Shown here: positions 36,429 to 49,100 of the stretch, piece after piece
Position numbering within the stretch: position 1 is the stretch's first letter
Layout of the letters: every line of letters starts with the position of its first letter
NCBI RefSeq assembly: GCF_021869535.1
Contig: NW_026262604.1
Location: forward strand, 1,922,001-1,986,000
Length of the DNA: 64,000 bases
From: Mytilus californianus
Lineage: Eukaryota
Reading direction: 5' to 3'
Notes under the pieces: generated by a model
Seen by the model: the letters and a program-made list of their open reading frames with translations, nothing else
The model's database searches: none
Told to the model about the DNA's origin: nothing
Made by a program: the position numbers and the translations under genes

Positions 36429-37339
36429 ACATATATTTCTTTTGTTAAATATTCCATTTCATTATTTGTTGCTTTGTATAGATGTATCAAATGAAACTCA
36501 TTTGTGTGGATAGTTCAGCTCATTGCTGGTATTATTACGAAATAACGCTAAATATATATTGACATACGAAAATGAAAATAAAAAGAAAATAGATAGGAAA
36601 GATAATAACCATAATAATATTGAATAATTAAAGAGAGACACATTTTGTCTCTGTTGAAATGGTACTACTTCGTGCAATTAATTACTGATGTAATAAGGAA
36701 TCACAATAGTAGAGTATAGAAGTTATATAGAACCGCGTAGTATTAATACTACAACTAAGTCTTTAAAAAGTAAATAAATTATTTTTAGAAAGTAACTATA
36801 ATAGATATTCTACTGACGAGCACACGATTTATTGTCAGGATTGACCGTTAGCGCCGGATTATGCTGCGACTAAAGGTTCGGCATATGTTTAAAGTTTTTT
36901 ATTTGGGCTTGTTGTACTTCTATATCATACCGCCTCCCTTTAGCCTGAAGATCAAGTCTGCTAAAGAAGTTTAAGTCCCTGAAAAGCAGTACAAAGAACA
37001 GAATTTCATAAATGCAGCCATAGTACTGACGACGTTTACTTATTCGTGGTTGTCTTTGACGAGAATATTTTCGTTGACTGGAAACTTATCTTTGAGCAAG
37101 CTTTCGATTTTCACCAGTCTCAAATGTTAAGCAACATTATTGCAGATTTTTGTTAGGTTTTCTGTGTTTCACTCGGTTTTGGTTTGTGACCTGGATTTGT
37201 TTTCGCTTAATCGGTTTATGACTATTGAACAGCGGTATACTACTATTGCTTTTCTTTAATATTTATTTTTTTAGGTTCAATCTTTCCTTCATATGCCTTT
37301 TACATTTAACTGTCTGTTTCTTTATAGCTGTGTCTCTTA

Positions 37340-37556
37340 ATCTGACGATGATTTGTCTTTGAATTATGGTGTTTTGACTGGTCTCAGATAACTTCGTAGT
37401 GTGCCTATTCTTTGTGACCTAACCGTGTCTCCCTCTTGAAAATTACCGTCTATATACTTCATTAGTTTCGTGACAAGCTCAGTAGTCTTCTCCGATGTTT
37501 CACCCTAGACACAATCCGGCATACCGTTAATGAGTAAAATTTCTTTCAACTGCATT
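37340..37556 (-). mobile_element. degenerate LINE (CR1/L2-type) ORF1 RRM remnant
   Basis: Minus-strand translation LLINGMPDCV*GETSEKTTELVTKLMKYIDGNFQEGDTVRSQRIGTLRSYLRPVKTP*F resembles the LRIxGxPE...E..+V...I.RSHR+G...RP+IVxF ORF1 motif, with stops. Confidence 0.5.
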
Positions 37557-40500
37557 GCAATATGTGTAATTTATTGTTGCGACAGTGAACATGTGAACGT
37601 CTGAGATAAAGGTTATGTTGTAGAATGATGTTCAAGAGAGTTTGAACCGACAGGCACAGGGGAATGGATGATTTCTGACGGGTCATTACGGATGGGTATC
37701 ATTACCGTGTGTTGATGACATAAAAAGTAAAATAACAAAAATACAGGACTCCAAGGAAAATTCAAAACGGAAAGTCCCTTATAAACACAAATAACTATTT
37801 CAACAAAGAAAAACAAAATGTAATGTAGATTTTGTTATCTTCTTGTTGTGGTGATGTTGGTCTACTGCCACTTTGTAGTCGTTTTGATAGTTCATGTTAT
37901 GTTTCGACAATAAGTTGTTTTTAAATTGTAGTTGTTTGTGTTATTGTTATTGTTATCTTTACACAAGTGTGAGAGGTATGTCATGTGATTATATTGAATT
38001 GATACAATGAATTGGTTAAAATGAGTAGAACTTACATGAAAGAAAATTTAAGGTCCAATGCATTAAATACCAACTGCTTATTTCATTTTTTCAAATGACA
38101 CACATGACTTAAATGTCATACTGAGTTCCAAGAAGATATGGCTGGATCCTTCAAATGAAAGATGAATGTTACAGTATCGTATTTTCATTTAAAAAAAAAA
38201 TAAACAATAAAAAAAAGAACAACAACAAAAAAAATGTCAATAAAAATCAAGAGCTTGCGGAAGACATTTAGTTACAAATGTACTATCAAATTGTTTTATT
38301 CTATTCTCCATTTTTCTATCAAAGTTGATTCTGTATAATTATACTAATTTTATAAGCTTCACTGGTATGTTATGTTTACGCCACTTTAAATGTTTGAAAA
38401 CGATAAGTATATCTTTTCAATTATGATCCGATAAAAATGCAACCACATGCAACTTTTAAACGGCCAAAATCCTTGTTTAAGCGGAAATATATTTTATTAC
38501 GCTACAAAAGAACACAAAGAATCTTAAACTGGAGTTTATATAGAAAAACCTGATTAAAGCAAGAAAAAATCCTATGATATTCAATTACAATAAAAATATT
38601 TTGACAACAATTTATCACATCTAAATATCAAAATAAATACTTATGCTATGCTTCGTAGGAAAATGATGTATTTATAAGGAAATTAATGTGGATTGTACAT
38701 CATTGTTGATAGAAACAAACAGACCATGAAAAATTGTACATTACCGTCATGGTCCTGCACAATGATTTTAAAGGTATTATATTACATATTTCTAGTACGG
38801 TTTAAAAAAGGTAGATACTGTTTTAAATTTAGACAAAGATAATATACCGATGTTCAATCTCAATTATTTAATAAGAACCTACACAACTGAATGATTTCGT
38901 ATACAAACATGAAAGCAACAGGAGTTATGGGAAAAATGTAAACGAGACAGCAATCTGACGACATAAACAATCAAATGCATTTTGATGTCATCATTGTTTT
39001 CAACAAAACTCAAGCGTCTTTACAATATGTTATTATAAAAATCTATATTAATGGAAGTAAACAAATTCCCTATATTCCCACACTATTTTCTCTTACTTTT
39101 ATTAAACTTTCTTTATAACGTCGTATGCCTTCAAATCTTCAATTGCTATTAGTATAATTTAAATATTTTACTGCATTGTTATGATTTATACAAACCTCTT
39201 CTCAGATATTATATTTCCTTTCATACCAGTGATACTTTTCAAACTAGTCTGCGCAATCTGAGCTTTTATATGTGACAAACGCAATCATCATTAAGCACGT
39301 TAAACTTAATTAATAATTTAATGACAGTTTATAAGAACATTTTAATCCTAAGAGCTACTGTCGCTTTGAGGAGTTTTGAGAATTTCAAATGATTATATTT
39401 TATATGAAATAAGGTAATACAATTTAGTATTGTGCTATTTGAGTAAAGTATGTGATTCTCTCTGGAACACTTCCAACTTTGAATATTATTACAATCCCAT
39501 TTACGAATATGTATAATTCATGACATTGCCGTTGTTTACTCTGGTAGAATTGATCAAGTGATATACAATATCGATAAGTGACTCGTTAAATGTTATAACA
39601 AATAACCCCTAAATAATGAACTTTCTCACCGAAAGTATCACCAGCCCAGTAATCAACACTTCTGTGTTGACATGAATTATCATTGATATGCTCATAACTA
39701 CAAACTATATGCTTAGAAACTAAAGAATTTGCGAAATACTTATGTTTTTTTCTTAACCCGGGAAAGGATTACTTTAGCTGTATTTTGAAAAACCCTTCGG
39801 AATTTGTTGTGCTCAACACTTTTCAACTTCGTACTTTATGTGGGCTTTTTAACTATTTTGAATCCAGCGTCACTGAGTTTTTTTGTAAACAAAACTCGCG
39901 TCTGGCGTACTAAATTAATCGTGGTATTAGTTTATCATTGTTTATTTAAATGAGACATCACCTAGTGTGTCATCATATAACAATTTGTAAATATTAATCG
40001 TGTGATACCACTGATAAATGTAACCTACTTTTTCTACTTACAAATGGTCAGTTCTATTCAATTAAAAAAGCTCCTGTGCTGGTTATTTCCTTTTGTATTG
40101 TTTGGTTAATACACAACCACATCTCATACCTAAATGGAAGCAATCTTATAAATATCGTTAAATATGTTTAGTTCATCTCGACTTTTTAAGCCATATCTTT
40201 AATACGTTAATGGATCTTTCTGTATTTGCAACCTCACAATTAAGAGACAAATGCGTTTCTATATTCACTGTCGTAGTTGACCATGAGATGTGTTTGTCAT
40301 TTCGTTGTATTGTGTTTGTTGTCAGTTTCTCCTCGTGCTATGAACTTTGAATGTCCCATTGGTATCTTCCGCCTCTTTTCTTACAGATTCTATACTCTGT
40401 GAACAAAAGTTGGAAATCGATAGCTTTTTGCCTTCCTTTTTTTCGTATTATGTCTATTACGAAAATTATGTTTTCTTTATTTACGAATATGTTTGGTACC

Positions 40501-43500
40501 GTTCAGGAAATTAAAGAGATTAGGACGTATAATTTAGAAGGAGATATTTTTTATTACATATTTAGTTGATATCCAACTGTTGATGTCGTTACAGTCTTGG
40601 GGATAATATGCAATCTATATAAAGATGAGAAGATGCGGTAGGATTGCCAATGACACAAATATCCACTAGAGTCAAAATAAAGTGGAATTAATCAATTATA
40701 GGCCACCGTACGGCCTTCAGCATGATAAAAACCAATACCGAAAAGTCGGCTATAAAAGGCCCCAATATGAAAAATGTGAAATATTGTAAACGACAATACT
40801 TAAGCATATACTATGATAAAAAGCTATATTTCAAAGGCGTCATTTTGTCGAAAATTCCATAATGCATTTTGTTGAACGACCAGGCCTTTAATTTTTGAAG
40901 ATGACCATGCATATGCATATTACGTTTGTCTGATCACAGTCATTTCTATCTGTCCTCGTTTTGACATACATCGACACATCAACACCGTTTTATTTGTCTC
41001 GAACAATACGATGGTGACACAGGTATAGACAAAAATACATGTCCCACCTAGGTACCTTAATTTAACCCTTCCGATTTTGGATAGAGATTGTATGGCGCTA
41101 TCTTTCTAAAACTACTCTTGAAATTAACATATCTTTCTCTAATATTGTACATGTTGTATGTTTGCTTACTGCAACTAATTTATCTTTTATTTATTTTTTA
41201 GTATGACCGTTAAGATAATATTACAATGTTTATTTTCAATATTTCACAAATTGAATAAGATGCTGATATTTTCTTTTCCCTGATGTTCAACAGAACAGGG
41301 TAATGAAAGGAGACATGCGGTTGTTCTCGGACCTATCTTAGTCGCATATATGCCGAAGAGTCTTGATTACACACGATACACGTTCATTTATAAACATCTC
41401 CCATTTTAACACAAAAGTGTTCAATACATCAAGTTGGTGTATACGAACCAAATATGAATTCCAATGGTTACATTAATATCTTTCGGAGGTCAAAGTTATT
41501 ATACGATATTTATTCTATTATTCCTAAATGAATAATCATACGAGTATTTACCGTTTCACTTCTTATCCGGCGACGATGAAAACCTAAATAACACTTACGA
41601 AAGATTACAAATAATATTACATTAATCACATAATTATCAAAGATAGAGCAACACAAAATATATTTATCACGATTAGGAATAAGTACCATAACCGAACACA
41701 ACACAGTAAAATGGATGACAATATTCCCAGATGTTTTACAAATATTTTTAAAATAATACATAAAGAAGAAATATTCCTCTTAGCACTTTAGTGATTGTTG
41801 ATGCGTTTGTTCAAACTTTACAACAAGAACATGGAGCTCATTTGTGACATGAGAATTTGTAAATTTCATAAGCCTGGTATCTGTGATGAGTTCTTTACTC
41901 ATCAAAACAATAACAGGAAAAAGATAAAAAATAAACTGGTACAAAAACACAACATCCGATTATATCGAGAGAAAAAACAGACAAACAAAGATAAACAACA
42001 AAGAGATACAAAAATCAGCACATAGTCCTAAAGTCGGACTTAATATAGGCACACAATATGTAGGAATTTAACCATTAAAATCTTTGTACAAAACCAGCAC
42101 TTTGGCCTATCTAGACCGTGTGTCGTATAATCATAACACACAATTAAAACCTACACATTGCAGCTACGAACAGGTTCACCACATACTTGAACAAGCCAAA
42201 TAAGACAGACGGCACATAATTTGGTTAAGATGTGTTACAACATAAGTTAGCTAACCTCTAGAAAGGGTTGATGAAATCTCATCATGCATTTAATTGAATT
42301 CATCAGAAGTTGTGACAGTCCAATAAGTATTTTAATCGTCAGATTATTGGAAGAAGAAACTGTTTTAACCTAATGTATTTATAAAAAAATATAGCGTTTG
42401 CTGTTGTGTGTTTACTACATAATAAAAGAAGAAATGGGACCATTACATTTTTCATTGACCTAGTCAGTCAATTATGTGTTTAATCATATGCAAATTAAGA
42501 TTAAATTGTGGCTCACTGGCTGTTATAAATTAAGACATGTCATCTAAAGCACCGTGTCACCGTCTATATAAATAGATAGATAAGATTATATATATAAGAC
42601 AAGAACATTACATTATTCAGATCAACTCTATACATAAGTGTGGATAATGTTGGGAATTAGTCTACTAGATAAATAACTAAAAACTACATTAAATGACGTC
42701 TTTCAAACGAAAGAATAGAAAATGGGAAAGAGATGAGCATTTTATCCTGACTTTGCTAGAGCTACCTTTGTTTGTGTTTGTAGTTGGCAAAATGTAGGTT
42801 GACTGTCTTTAATGTGTAACAGTACATTTAATAATCTTCAAAATTTTGTCAATTTGAAATAAATAATTTCGTTAAGTTTAAATAGTTCAAATCCAGTTAG
42901 ACCAATTTGAAAAGTATTTAATAACTAGATCTTGTTCAATTAAAGTCAAACATATATTGTACATCGGTCTTCATGTTGAAATTTCGAAGCCTTTTATAGG
43001 TTACAATACGGTATGGGTTTTGTTCACTGTTGAAGGCTGTAGTACAGTAACCTATAGTTACTTACATCTACATCAATTGGTCTTTGGTGAATAATTGTCT
43101 CATTGGAAATCATACCACATTGTCTTATATTTATACTTTTCATACGCTGCTATGGAATTTATCTCAATATTTAGCACTGACGTTTTGAGAGATTAGTATT
43201 GACAGAGCGACATCAAACCTAGATAAAGTACGAATCAGGAACGTGTATATTTTTAAAGATCATGTGTTAACCTTAAGATATTTTTGGGTTGCTGTCTAAT
43301 TGATATATTCTTAAGATCTTCTTATTCTATTACTTTTGAATATGTATTTTCATACGTATTATATGTAAAGTCAAACATTTTATTATCATATATGTCATTG
43401 GTTTTATTATAATTTCAACAGCAGCGGCAATTTGCATAGCGAATTCAAAGGTATGCGAAGATCTTGATACTAAAGCATGTGATATAATGGAACGCATCGA

Positions 43501-43589
43501 ACCGGACATGTGTAGCAATCCTAGTTTTTTAAAAAAACTGTAAGATATTGTGAAATTTGTTGTAAGTTAAAATGTTTATGCTAGTCTAC

Positions 43590-43620
<31 letters not shown>

Positions 43621-43629
43621 ACAATATTA

Positions 43630-44071
43630 CCTAAATTGAGGTAAATTATATGGCCTTCCAAATACCGTTCCGATTCTCAACATCACTGAAGAGACATTAA
43701 TTGTCGAAATCCGGATATGGTGTACGCATTTTTGCACCTCATATTTGAGGTATTCCAATCTTTTCCGCAAACTTATTGTTTTCTGTTTGATAATAAATTA
43801 ATAATAAGATACATTTTGTTACATCAGGTGATCCGTTTATTTGGCAATCGCCAATGGCAGTCAGCAGGGTTTAAGAACATCAGTTGTTCGACCTGTTAGT
43901 CAAATGCGTTTTGTTAAAATATACTTTTTCACTTTTTTGGTCTTTTGAAAAATGTTGTTTGTGCTGTATTTAGACCCCTCTACCACGAAATGTGTCTTGC
44001 ATGCACACGTATAAAAATTGCGGTTTTTATCCAACGCAATCATAGGTTTGAACGTTGTTTTCAATTTAGAC
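43630..44071 (+). mobile_element. 5'-truncated + strand copy of the 540-bp hammerhead element
   Basis: Reverse complement of the array unit, more diverged than the array copies; bounded by (TA)n at 43596-43621 and ~44077-44106. Confidence 0.85.
43680..43723 (+). ncRNA. minimal type I hammerhead ribozyme
   Basis: ACAUCA-CUGAAGA-GACA(UUAAU)UGUC-GAAA-UCCGGA-UA^UGGUGU; predicted cleavage after 43717. Confidence 0.75.
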
Positions 44072-44073
44072 GT

Positions 44074-44112
<39 letters not shown>

Positions 44113-44457
44113 AAATTGAAAACAACGTTCAAACCTATGATTGCGTTGGATAAAAACCGCAATTTTGATACGTGTGCATGCAAAACAAATTTCTTGGTAG
44201 AGGGGTCTAAATACAACACAAACAACAATTTCCAAAAGACCAAAAAAATGTGAAAAAGTCTATTTTAACAAAACGCATTTGACTAACAGGTCGAACAACT
44301 GATGTTCTTAAACCCTGCTGACTGCCATTGGCGATTGCCAAATAAATTGATCACCAGATCTAACAAAATGGATCTTAATATTAATTAAATACCAAACAGA
44401 AAACAATAAACTTGTGGAAAAGATGGTATACCACAAACATGAGGTGCAAAAATTTGT

Positions 44458-44501
44458 ACACCATATCCGGATTTCGACAATAAATGTCTCTTCAGTGATG
44501 T
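44458..44501 (-). ncRNA. minimal type I hammerhead ribozyme (array unit 1)
   Basis: ACAUCA-CUGAAGA-GACA(UUUAU)UGUC-GAAA-UCCGGA-UA^UGGUGU; cleavage predicted between 44464 and 44463. Confidence 0.8.
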
Positions 44502-44997
44502 TAGGGATCGAAACGGTATTTGGAAGGCCATATGATTTACCTCAATTTAGGATAGACTCTTGAATTTTAAAGAGTCGAAATAGGATGAACGGATCATATA
44601 AACCCGAAGGAAAATGTAATACAAGCCCAAACGAAAAAATATAAAAAGTCTAAATTGAAAACAACGTTCAAACCTATGATTGCGTTGGATAAAAACCGCA
44701 ATTTTTATACGTGTGCATGCAAAACAAATTTCTTGGTAGAGGGGTCTAAATACAGCACAAACAACAATTTCCAAAAGACCAAAAAAAAAGTGAAAAAGTC
44801 TATTTTAACAAAACGCATTTGACTAACAGGTCGAACAACTGATGTTCTTAAACCCTGCTGACTGCCATTGGCGATTGCCAAATAAATTGATCACCAGATC
44901 TAACAAAATGGATCTTAATATTAATTAAATACCAAACAGAAAACAATAAACTTGTGGAAAAGATGGTATACCACAAACATGAGGTGCAAAAATTTGT

Positions 44998-45041
44998 ACA
45001 CCATATCCGGATTTCGACAATAAATGTCTCTTCAGTGATGT
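44998..45041 (-). ncRNA. minimal type I hammerhead ribozyme (array unit 2)
   Basis: Identical to 44458-44501. Confidence 0.8.
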
Positions 45042-45536
45042 TAGGGATCGAAACGGTATTTGGAAGGCCATATGATTTACCTCAATTTAGGATAGACTCT
45101 TGAATTTTAAAGAGTCGAAATAGGATGAACGGAACATATAAACCCGAAGGAAAATGTAATACAAGCCCAAACGAAAAAATATAAAAAGTCTAAATTGAAA
45201 ACAACGTTCAAACCTATGATTGCGTTGGATAAAAACCGCAAATTTTATACGTGTGCATGCAAAACAAATTTCTTGGTAGAGGGGTCTAAATACAGCACAA
45301 ACAACAATTTCCAAAAGACCAAAAAAAAGTGAAAAAGTCTATTTTAACAAAACGCATTTGACTAACAGGTCGAACAACTGATGTTCTTAAACCCTGCTGA
45401 CTGCCATTGGCGATTGCCAAATAAATTGATCACCAGATCTAACAAAATGGATCTTAATATTAATTAAATACCAAACAGAAAACAATAAACTTGTGGAAAA
45501 GATGGTATACCACAAACATGAGGTGCAAAAATTTGT

Positions 45537-45580
45537 ACACCATATCCGGATTTCGACAATAAATGTCTCTTCAGTGATGT
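45537..45580 (-). ncRNA. minimal type I hammerhead ribozyme (array unit 3)
   Basis: Identical to 44458-44501. Confidence 0.8.
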
Positions 45581-46076
45581 TAGGGATCGAAACGGTATTT
45601 GGAAGGCCATATGATTTACCTCAATTTAGGATAGACTCTTGAATTTTAAAGAGTCGAAATAGGATGAACGGATCATATAAACCCGAAGGAAAATGTAATA
45701 CAAGCCCAAACGAAAAAATATAAAAAGTCTAAATTGAAAACAACGTTCAAACCTATGATTGCGTTGGATAAAAACCGCAATTTTTATACGTGTGCATGCA
45801 AAACAAATTTCTTGGTAGAGGGGTCTAAATACAGCACAAACAACAATTTCCAAAAGACCAAAAAAAAAGTGAAAAAGTCTATTTTAACAAAACGCATTTG
45901 ACTAACAGGTCGAACAACTGATGTTCTTAAACCCTGCTGACTGCCATTGGCGATTGCCAAATAAATTGATCACCAGATCTAACAAAATGGATCTTAATAT
46001 TAATTAAATACCAAACAGAAAACAATAAACTTGTGGAAAAGATGGTATACCACAAACATGAGGTGCAAAAATTTGT

Positions 46077-46120
46077 ACACCATATCCGGATTTCGACAAT
46101 AAATGTCTCTTCAGTGATGT
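46077..46120 (-). ncRNA. minimal type I hammerhead ribozyme (array unit 4)
   Basis: Identical to 44458-44501. Confidence 0.8.
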
Positions 46121-49100
46121 TAGGGATCGAAACGGTATTTGGAAGGCCATATGATTTACCTCAATTTAGGATAGACTCTTGAATTTTAAAGAGTCGAAAT
46201 AGGATGAACGGATCATATAAACCCGAAGGAAAATGTAATACAAGCCCAAACGAAAAAATATAAAAAGTCTAAATTGAAAACAACGTTCAAACCTATGATT
46301 GCGTTGGATAAAAACCGCAATTTTTATACGTGTGCATGCAAAACAAATTTCTTGGTAGAGGGGTCTAAATACAGCACAAACAACAATTTCCAAAAGACCA
46401 AAAAAAAGTGAAAAAGTCTATTTTAACAAAACGCATTTGACTAACAGGTCGAACAACTGATGTTCTTAAACCCTGCTGACTGCCATTGGCAATTGCCAAA
46501 TAAATTGATCACCAGATCTAACAAAATGGATCTTAATATTAATTAAATACCAAACAGAAAACAATAAACTTGTGGAAAGATGGTATATATATATATATAT
46601 ATATAGCTTCTTCCAATGCATCGAGTGTGATTCGATATTTATAAAGTAGAGACATTGAAATTTTCAAATTTTAAACTCGAGGCTCGCCGAATGATTTAAA
46701 TGTTTAAGATTTAACTTTCCGAAAGAGGGTAGAAATATCGTATTGCACGAGATTTGGTGGTGGAATCTGTTTCTCAATTGATTCTTATACGATATGCAGA
46801 AAAATCTAATCCTTCAAATAATCTGCAAAAAAAGTGTTATTTCTATGTGAAGTCATCAGGCATGGTCGCCTTTTTTCATGACGTCACAATAGGAAATTCA
46901 GAGGAAAGCAAGAAAAATTGACGTCATAATCGAATTTTGACCAATGAAGAACTGAGATCGCGTTGATTTGAACAAAATAATTAACGGGTCAGGAAAAGGA
47001 TAAATCTGATAAGAATAAGAGAAATTTGTTTAAAGTATTCATTATTGTCGTTCGAGTGTAAAATGTAAATCTATGAAAAACATATTTGTACAAATGATAA
47101 CAGTTTAAAGTTCTGTTTATAAATTTAGGGTCGACAACTCTTTCAACAAAGTCACACTGTTCTCATGAAATGAAATTATTGTTTTATATCAATTATATGT
47201 TTATCAGATACATTTTTTACTTAGAATGAAAAATGTAAGAACTGGACAATGATATAAAGCTTCCCTCTTCTAATAACAAACATACTCAACAAACATTCTG
47301 ACAGAAACGTAGCAGCATAATTAATGCATATACAAAATGCAATGTTTTGTCTTATAATTATACCTTTAGCAAAGAGACAGCCAATGGCAGCTAGCAAAGG
47401 CATTCCTAAGTTTTAAAATATATTCTGATATTATCCTTGCATTTAATGGGATAGTTGACTTTCAAAAAACATAATAATAGCATTAAAAAAATACAAGAAC
47501 TAAACGAAAGTGATATGTAATTAACTATAGCAGCTTTTTTTTGATATTATAAAACATTTATAACAAACCAAGTCCACAGAGTTGCATATTTCTTCGTGTA
47601 CACATGAAATAGGCCAAATAAATGTGTTTTCTGTATCTAAGTTTTTGAAATTAGTATATGTTCTAAAGCAGAATATAACATAACTTGTTCGGTGTTGTTT
47701 GAATGCTGAACATTCTATGAATTGAATTTCATTTTTAATATAAAGTCGTTATGCATACGTTTGTCAATAATTTTTATACACACAATATTATAGAATGTCC
47801 AGCTGGATTTTAAAATGTCCATGGGTCGTGTTATTTAGTCAGATTAACCCCTACGACGTGGAATGCAGCTAAAGAAAATAAATAGCTTGAAGATATCATT
47901 AAACGTGAATTGTAAGGATCAAATTTTCCAAATGATAATGGAAAATTAATTATTAAAAAAGGAAATATGAATAAATGTACGCCTGGTTAAATAATTTACG
48001 TGTGATTAACATCTGGTGGTAAATATCAGGCATACTCAGAAGGACAACGATATACTTACAAATCTATGAGAAAAGTCTTTCTAAATCATTTGACCGAAAA
48101 AAAGTTGAAAAATTTAAATGCCTCTTGAAAAAAGGGTATGTTTGATAGAGAGAAATTATGTCATGAAATATGTCACATTCGGAACTCTAAAAGAAATATT
48201 GTTTTCGCGTGCAACGATCCTAAAAGTCTCCAAATTTGGGTAATTAGATTTAACAATCCTTTTGATATGCATGCCGTAACATCTGATATGTTTCATTAAC
48301 GCATTCTATTAAAAAGTAATACGACAGAACCACTAGTGAAGAAGGACCTGGCGATCCTTGTCGGATCTTCTCAGCTTACAGTTTCTGGTTGGGACTATGT
48401 TGCTTAATCTTGGTTTCGGTAGAGGGATTTGTTGATAGTTGATTGCCGTATCTTTTTATGCCTAGCAAAACATAAGCTGGGAAGGCGCAGACTTGTAGAC
48501 AGTTTCCAATGAATTATAATATACACTTTAATTATTTAAGAAATGTCGCGTGTTATCGACTGGAATGTTTATAAAAATACAGAATACATTAAAGCCTAAC
48601 AATTGTAATCTATCTTATTATAAGCATTACAATTAAAAGTCTGATATATACGGACTCTAATGCAGTACATGATGTTGACGGGCGTGTCTTATGATCATGA
48701 CATTTCCGTTTGTTTGTATTTTAATCTGATTTCAGGTGATTTGTCAAAGTCACAATGCACATTTAGTTGATTTCTCTACTCGTCATGGAATTGGGGGATT
48801 TATGGAAGTTATTTAATTAAATTTATTTTTAATCTGATTATATATTTAATGTATTCCAAAGTATTTTTAAGATGTATTATATACTGAGTATGCACATCTT
48901 CAACTTGTAATTTTTTTACTATGTCTTATTCGCATAATATCAATAGTATAACAATGCCATAAATGTCATGTCATCCACTTATGGCTTGTAAAAATGTATG
49001 TATGCACTGTAGTTTGAACACCAAAAAGATCAATAAAAAATAAAAAAAGACAAAAAAAAAAAAAAAAAATTTAGTTTGCTTTTAATTTACTGATAACAAA

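Larger units (their letters stand above)
13570..36610. repeat. segmental tandem duplication, copy 1 (partner ~49180-64000+)
   Basis: Colinear homology of exons 13739/49626 and 15160/51351, kinase 21874/53535, receptor 30140-35914/57356-62320 and intergenic DNA (e.g. GAAAATAGATAGGAAAGATAATAA at ~36590 and the window end). Left boundary approximate. Confidence 0.9.
44107..46586 (-). repeat. head-to-tail array of ~540-bp units (4 full + ~0.6), retrozyme-like
   Basis: GTCTAAATTG recurs at 44109, 44648, 45188, 45727, 46267; units are near-identical; (TA)n at both ends; each full unit carries a hammerhead. Confidence 0.95.

Noticed and set aside
43900-46393. Repeated 75-111-aa ORFs (MEIVVCAVFRPLYQ...) and 26624-26827
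   Set aside because: Frames within the non-coding 540-bp unit that run into TA tracts; no recognisable domain.
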